DNA from: Felis catus
Lineage: Eukaryota
Reading direction: 5' to 3'
Assembly (NCBI RefSeq): GCF_018350175.1
Contig: NC_058368.1
Span: 36,768,001 to 36,832,000 of the forward strand
Length of the DNA: 64,000 nucleotides
Every line of letters starts with the position of its first letter. The stretch's first letter is position 1. Positions 62,978-64,000 of the stretch are shown here, piece by piece. A program made the translations under genes and the position numbers. A model generated the notes under the pieces. That model was given only the letters and a program-made list of their open reading frames with translations, had not been told where the DNA came from and ran no database searches.

Positions 62978-63216
62978 CCTTCCTTCCTTCCTTCCTTCCT
63001 TCCTTCCTTCCTTCCTTCCTTCCTTCCTTCCTTCCTTCCTCCCTTCCTCCCTCCCTTCCTCTTTTTGAGAGAGAGAGAGAGAGTGCAAGTGAGCAAGGGG
63101 CAGAGAGAGAGAGAAGCGGGACTCACCTGTTGCAGTGCTTGAGCTCACATCACAAACCATGAGACCATGACCTGAGCCAAAGCCAGAAGCTTAAAGTCTG
63201 AGCCACCAGGTGCCCC
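62978..63216 (-). mobile_element. CanSINE whose tail has become a (CCTT)n microsatellite
   Basis: (CCTT)n 62978-63060, then SINE body ending GAGCCACCAGGTGCCCC; AGTAAT flanks on both sides. Confidence 0.88.
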
Positions 63217-63272
63217 AGTAATTCTTTCTTTCAAAATGACCCTAACAGCATCTTCCTTTAGGAATGTTTTCT

Positions 63273-63492
63273 TTCTTTTTTTTTTTTTTCAACGTTTATT
63301 TATTTTTGGGACAGAGAGAGACAGAGCATGAACGGGGGAGCGGCAGAGAGAGAGGGAGACACAGAATCGGAAACAGGCTCCAGGCTCCGAGCCATCAGCC
63401 CAGAGCCCGACGCGGGGCTCGAACTCACGGACCGCGAGATCGTGACCTGGCTGAAGTCGGACGCTTAACTGACTGCGCCACCCAGGCGCCCC
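63273..63492 (-). mobile_element. Young Felis-type CanSINE
   Basis: Near-consensus; perfect TSD TAGGAATGTTTTCT (63259-63272, 63493-63506). Confidence 0.98.
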
Positions 63493-63696
63493 TAGGAATG
63501 TTTTCTAACACTCTTCCCACTGTGATATAAATGACTTTTCTCTGTCTTTCTAAGGAGCCCTAGGAATGCCTATATTATAATATTTTTCATGATGTCCTAA
63601 TAAGCTTATTAATTTACTTTTACTGTTTGGCCATTTATGTGCTCTGGAGACTACATTTGTAAATTTGTTGGCAATTTTAAGTAGTTGTGTTATTTT

Positions 63697-63923
63697 ATTC
63701 TATTTAATTTATTTATGTTTAATGTTTTATTATTTAATTTTGAGAGAGAGGGACAGAGTGTGAGCAGGGGAGGGGCAAAGAGAGTGGGAGACACAGAATC
63801 TGAAACAGGCTCCAGGCTCTGAGCTGTCAACACAGAGCCCAACATGGGGCTCAAACCCACAAACCCAGAGATCATAACCTGAACCGAAGTAAGATGCTTA
63901 AGACTGAGCCACCCAGGAGCCCC
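63697..63923 (-). mobile_element. CanSINE
   Basis: Typical body ending CTGAGCCACCCAGGAGCCCC; degenerate TSD ..GTTGT(G/A)TTATTTT. Confidence 0.93.
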
Positions 63924-64000
63924 AATTGTTGTATTATTTTAGAGTAGCTTATTTTCAAGTCTAGTCTCCAGACTAGCAGAATTAACCTCACCTGGGAATT

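Noticed and set aside
33182..63530. Recurring ORFs containing GAPGWRSRLSVRLQPGHDLAVREFEPRV or ERGRHRIGNRLQ
   Set aside because: These are translations of young CanSINEs, not a gene family.

Overview
This is non-coding mammalian DNA, almost certainly from the domestic cat or a close felid: it carries seven near-identical young Felis-type CanSINEs (GGGGCGCCTGGGTGGCGCAGTCGGTTAAGCGTCCGAC head, usually an AATAAACGTTG tail). I see no recognisable host protein-coding exon, RNA gene, CpG island or CRISPR array. The recognisable ORFs in the track are read-throughs of SINEs, L1s, ERVL or microsatellites. The window is a layered transposon fossil record: 23 CanSINEs (many with readable TSDs), several truncated L1s, two degraded ERVL pol/integrase/dUTPase relics (one split by an LTR16A), MaLR, MLT2 and MER67/31-like LTRs, Tigger2a, MER119, a Zaphod-like hAT, a Tigger transposase relic, and L2/MIR. 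All L1s and nearly all LTR elements lie on the minus strand, which suggests a large intron of a plus-strand gene. The most notable small-scale items are a 26-bp perfect palindrome nested in a 23-bp direct repeat that creates two p53 half-sites (38758-38822), other templated micro-duplications, a tail-only retroinsertion, an inverted TAATCC pair, and a possible very old pogo/Tc2 DDE relic. I find no convincing new biological system. Family names come from remembered consensus sequences and need RepeatMasker/Dfam confirmation. Boundaries without TSDs are approximate.
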